Source of the DNA: Chitinivibrionales bacterium
GTDB taxonomy: Bacteria > Fibrobacterota > Chitinivibrionia > Chitinivibrionales > WJKA01
Length of the DNA stretch: 64,000 bases
Direction: 5' to 3'
Assembly (NCBI GenBank): GCA_038247415.1
Contig: JBBRUX010000016.1
Span: 9,051-73,050 of the forward strand
The notes beneath the pieces were generated by a model that did no database searches, had not been told where the DNA came from, and saw only the letters and a list, made by a program, of their open reading frames with translations. Both the position numbers and the translations under genes were made by a program. Below are positions 60,375 to 64,000 of the stretch, piece after piece. Every line of letters starts with the position of its first letter. The first letter of the stretch is position 1.

Positions 60375-61502
60375 TTAGCTTTTTGACAAGATATTTTGGG
60401 GAACTAGGGGCAGCGTAAAAAAGAATTCGCAGCCCTCTCCGGGAACGCTCGTAACTCCGATGTTGCCGCCATGGGCTTCAATTGCCAATTTACAGAATGT
60501 TAATCCGAGTCCGATCGAATGCATTACATGTTCTTCGTACATGGCTACCTGACCAAATTTCTCGAATATTTTAACGTGATACTGCGCGGGAATACCGGGC
60601 CCGTTATCCCACACCGACACGCGTAGCTGTGTTGCTTCAAGAACTGCACGTATTAGTATACGGCTCTTATGCGGCGAAAATTTGAATGCGTTGCCCAGAA
60701 GATTGCTCAATACCCGGCGAATAAGGCTGGGGTCACACCACACGGAGGGCAAGGTGCTATCGAGTTCGGATTCAAGTAAGAAATTGTCTTTTGTTGCACT
60801 GTGGTATTCCAGCGCCTCAGAGAGCAGTTTTTGAAGAGAGCATTCTTTGGAGGCCACAGGGAACTTGCCCTCTTCCATGCGATTTATGTCTAATAATGAA
60901 CCTATCATTTCCTGGAGTGCTCCCAGCGAATGGGTTGCTCGAGCAAGATAATTTTTAGGTTTTGAATCCGGTGTATCCACCAGAGCTGACTGTGTCAACT
61001 CAAGCATAACCATGGCGCTTGCGAGCGGGGAGCGCAGGTCATGGACAATCATATGGGTTAGATTATTTTTGAGCAATTCCATAGCTGTTAATTTATCAAT
61101 TGCTTCCTGTTGCCGTTTGTAGAGATTACTAATATGGGCAGCATTGCGCACCCGCAGAGCGATATCTTCTATGTCAATTGGTTTGGAAATAAAATCGTTT
61201 GCTCCGGCGGCAATTCCTTGTATCCGGTCGGTGCGGTCGCTCAGGGAAGTCACAAGTATTACTGGTATATGAGAAGTGTGGGGGGCCTCTTTTATCTTTC
61301 TGCACGTCTCTATGCCACTCGAATTGGGCATAATCACATCGAGCAGAATAACATCGGGAATGGTGCGGGTTAAGTATTCCTGAGCATCTTCGCCATTTAT
61401 GCAAATGTCAACTATATACCCGAGAGGAACCAACAACGCCTGCATGAGTCTCAGGTCTTTTGCTTCGTCGTCAACTACAAGGATCCTCACCGAATTTTCC
61501 AT
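60375..61502 (-). CDS. Receiver-histidine kinase hybrid
   Basis: ILVVDD, LLDVIMP, SKP; HDLRSPL; NLLGNAFKF; GLGL. Confidence 0.92.
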   Translation of the reverse strand: MENSVRILVVDDEAKDLRLMQALLVPLGYIVDICINGEDAQEYLTRTIPDVILLDVIMPNSSGIETCRKIKEAPHTSHIPVILVTSLSDRTDRIQGIAAGANDFISKPIDIEDIALRVRNAAHISNLYKRQQEAIDKLTAMELLKNNLTHMIVHDLRSPLASAMVMLELTQSALVDTPDSKPKNYLARATHSLGALQEMIGSLLDINRMEEGKFPVASKECSLQKLLSEALEYHSATKDNFLLESELDSTLPSVWCDPSLIRRVLSNLLGNAFKFSPHKSRILIRAVLEATQLRVSVWDNGPGIPAQYHVKIFEKFGQVAMYEEHVMHSIGLGLTFCKLAIEAHGGNIGVTSVPGEGCEFFFTLPLVPQNILSKS

Positions 61503-61503
61503 G

Positions 61504-61908
61504 TTATGCCGCCTTTGTCGATTCTTGATTGCTGGGGTTCTGCGGGATAAGATGCTCGTTTATTTTTTTGATACAGGTGCGCACATCTATTGGTTTTGTG
61601 ATGTAGTCGTCGCACCCCGCGTTGAGTGCTTTTTCCCTGTCCCCATCCATGGCAAATGAACTTATTGCAATAACAATAATCTTTTTTGTTTTTGGATCAT
61701 CTTTGAGCGCTCGTGCCACGTCGAAGCCATTCATTATCGGGAGCATTATATCAAGCAAGATAAGGTCGGGCAGAAGTTTTCGGGCATTTTCTAACCCTGA
61801 CTTACCGTCTGTCGATTCTGCTGTCTGGTAATTATTTACTTGGAGAATATCCCGAAAGAGTTTCATGTTTTTCTCATTGTCCTCAATGATCAGGATCAAC
61901 TTACTCAT
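61504..61908 (-). CDS. Single-domain response regulator (DivK-like)
   Basis: IEDNEKN, LLDIMLP, AMDGDRE, YITKP. Confidence 0.9.
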   Translation of the reverse strand: MSKLILIIEDNEKNMKLFRDILQVNNYQTAESTDGKSGLENARKLLPDLILLDIMLPIMNGFDVARALKDDPKTKKIIVIAISSFAMDGDREKALNAGCDDYITKPIDVRTCIKKINEHLIPQNPSNQESTKAA

Positions 61909-64000
61909 TGTGTCACTCCAGTGTTAGCGTTAATAATAATGGTAGTATTTTTATCGTTGTTTGGGTTTACAGATTCTTTGAAAAAATGAACAGGAATAAT
62001 CAAATGAAAGACACTCCCTTTACTGTCACCAGCGCTTTCGACCCAGATCTTGCCTCCATGCATGTCTACAATTCTTTTGCACAGAGAAAGACCAAGACCG
62101 GTCCCGGGTGTTTTTGATGTCAATCCACCCCCTATCTGGTAGAATTCATCAAAAATTCTGGTATGATATTCTGGGGCGATGCCAATGCCGCTATCCGCAA
62201 CACGTATAAGAACGTTTGTTTTTTGCAGTGAAGCTGTTATCGTAATTGTTCCACCAGGTGGAGTGAATTTTGTCGCATTGGAAAGCAGATTGAACATAAC
62301 CTGTTTGAGCTTTCTTTCGTCGGCTCTAACGAAGAATCCATCGACAAGAGCTTCGGTATTCACAATAGTCTTGATGTAGTGCGCATGACACTTCTCTTTA
62401 ATCATCACGATACTGCGTTTGAGCAGGGAACTAATATCAACTGGTGAAATGTTAAGTTCCATCTTTCCTGCTTCAATTTTCGAGAGATCGAGCACATCGT
62501 TTATTAGACTTAGGAGATGATGTCCGCTTTCTTCTATATCGCTTATATATTCATTCTGTTTTTCGGTTAGATTTCCAAAGTATTCCTCGGAAAGCACCTG
62601 AGAAAATCCAATTATCGAGTTGAGAGGAGTACGCAACTCATGCGACATACTGGCCAGAAAATTGCTTTTAGCTCGTGAGGCTAATTCTGCGGTTTCCTTG
62701 GCAGCGCGAAGCTCGGTTTCCAAACGATTGAAATCGGAGATATCCTTGAATGTAAATATTATGTGGGTAATAGACCCCCAGAAGTTTTTTAGGGGAGCAG
62801 CCATTACAGAAACGTGAACTTTAGAGCCATCTTTCTTAATAAGACCAACCCTAAACGATAAGGGGGTACTGCTCGTGGGGCGCATATGGATCATTTCATT
62901 GATAAACCGTAGATCATGGGGTTCAACTAATGTCTCTGCAATAGAACTCAGCGAACCGTTAACCAGCGTGCTACGATCATATCCTGTGAGCTGTTCAAAA
63001 GCCCGGTTTATGGTGACGATGATATCGTTGGTGGTCATGAGCAGCAACCCGTCTCCCATCGAGTCGATTATCGCTGCTCTTTCCCGCATGAGAATATTCT
63101 CCCGTTCCAGTGCTTCTGCTTGCTTGAGCTGAGATATTTCGCGTTCTGTCGTGGCAATTGCTATGGGCTTCCCTTGTTCATCAGTCAATAAAGTCGTGGT
63201 TAGCCAAACATCCAAAATTCTTCCATCTTTGGCAATACGCCGCAATTCGAAGGATTTAACGATCTCTCCTTGATGGATTCTATCGATGAGCGCCACCGCC
63301 GCTTCGCGATCCGACTCTTCAACAATATCTCTAACATTCATTTGCAAAGCTTCGGCTTCGGTAAAGCCATAGGTCTCTTTGGCGCCACGGTTCCAGGCCA
63401 GGATTTTGCCTTCGAAATCGTGCAGGATTACAGCATCATTCGAATCGCTTACTACCGTGGCAAAACGGCGCAGTTCTTCCACTTTCTCTTTTAATGCCGT
63501 CTCTGCTTTCTTGCGCTCTGTTATGTCGCGCTCTGTTGTAGCGATTGCAATGGCTTTTCCCTTTTCATCAGTCAATAATGTGGTCGTTAGCCAAACATCC
63601 AAAATTCTTCCATCTTTGGCAATACGCCTCAGTTCAAACGATTTGACAATCTCGCCATGTTTGATTCTTTCAATCAGGTTGAGCGCCGCTTCACGATCGG
63701 TCTCGGCAACGATATCCCGCACATTCATTCTCAGCGCTTCGGCTTCGGTATAACCGAACATTTCTTTGGCGCCGCGGTTCCAGGCCAGGATTTTTCCGTC
63801 AAGATTGTGCATGATAACTGCATCGTTGGAATCGCGTACCACCGTAGCCAGACGGCGCAGTTCTTCCACTTTCTCTTTTAATGCCGTCTCTGCTTTCTTG
63901 CGCTCTGTGGTGTCATTAATTTGCGCTATGAAATAGAGCGGTTTGTCTTTTTTGTCGCAAACCAGAGAAACGCTTCGGTTGATCCACAGTTCATGACCGA
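61905..64000 (-). CDS. Multi-PAS sensor histidine kinase (5' end beyond window)
   Basis: Frame open to 64000; three PAS domains plus a partial PAC; MSHELRTPLN, NLLSNA.KFT, GTGLGL. Confidence 0.92.
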   Translation of the reverse strand, partial: GHELWINRSVSLVCDKKDKPLYFIAQINDTTERKKAETALKEKVEELRRLATVVRDSNDAVIMHNLDGKILAWNRGAKEMFGYTEAEALRMNVRDIVAETDREAALNLIERIKHGEIVKSFELRRIAKDGRILDVWLTTTLLTDEKGKAIAIATTERDITERKKAETALKEKVEELRRFATVVSDSNDAVILHDFEGKILAWNRGAKETYGFTEAEALQMNVRDIVEESDREAAVALIDRIHQGEIVKSFELRRIAKDGRILDVWLTTTLLTDEQGKPIAIATTEREISQLKQAEALERENILMRERAAIIDSMGDGLLLMTTNDIIVTINRAFEQLTGYDRSTLVNGSLSSIAETLVEPHDLRFINEMIHMRPTSSTPLSFRVGLIKKDGSKVHVSVMAAPLKNFWGSITHIIFTFKDISDFNRLETELRAAKETAELASRAKSNFLASMSHELRTPLNSIIGFSQVLSEEYFGNLTEKQNEYISDIEESGHHLLSLINDVLDLSKIEAGKMELNISPVDISSLLKRSIVMIKEKCHAHYIKTIVNTEALVDGFFVRADERKLKQVMFNLLSNATKFTPPGGTITITASLQKTNVLIRVADSGIGIAPEYHTRIFDEFYQIGGGLTSKTPGTGLGLSLCKRIVDMHGGKIWVESAGDSKGSVFHLIIPVHFFKESVNPNNDKNTTIIINANTGVTQ
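63150..63908 (-). repeat. 387-bp tandem intragenic duplication of a PAS-PAC module
   Basis: Matching blocks offset by 387 nt (63181 vs 63568; 63471 vs 63858). Confidence 0.9.

Noticed and set aside
1..64000. CRISPR array, tRNA/rRNA, integrase, transposase or reverse transcriptase
   Set aside because: No equally spaced repeat-spacer array, cloverleaf or diagnostic catalytic motifs seen; short or divergent RNA genes could be missed without a search

Overview
Bacterial chromosomal window, mostly housekeeping genes. A Fibrobacterota/Chitinivibrionia-like origin is my impression only and is not tested. In order: MltD/LysM protein, sppA, a small Hc1-like protein, a GldA/F/G-type ABC system, a polyamine operon (speD-speE-ODC-speE), an S1 protein, galE, prfB with a programmed +1 frameshift, a namZ-murU-amgK-like peptidoglycan salvage trio, OmpA, glgX, nagD, recO-ftsB-dprA, hisS, rpiB and ffh-rpsP-rimM-trmD-rplS. 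From about 45 kb the window is accessory: a decayed BrnTA pair, a six-gene mevalonate operon in Borrelia-like order, a zone of pseudogenes including HicAB remnants, a sigma54-type promoter ahead of small membrane/stress proteins, and a PAS kinase-receiver-hybrid kinase operon ending in an orphan PTS Enzyme I. The most unusual non-coding signal is at 28.75-29.24 kb: two diverged, oppositely oriented copies of a multi-hairpin element with compensatory stem changes and many GNA triloops, flanking a periodic GATT/AATC palindrome that recurs at 45.1 kb. I found no rRNA, tRNA, CRISPR array, integrase, transposase or reverse transcriptase. All calls are by-eye motif recognition; no searches were run.
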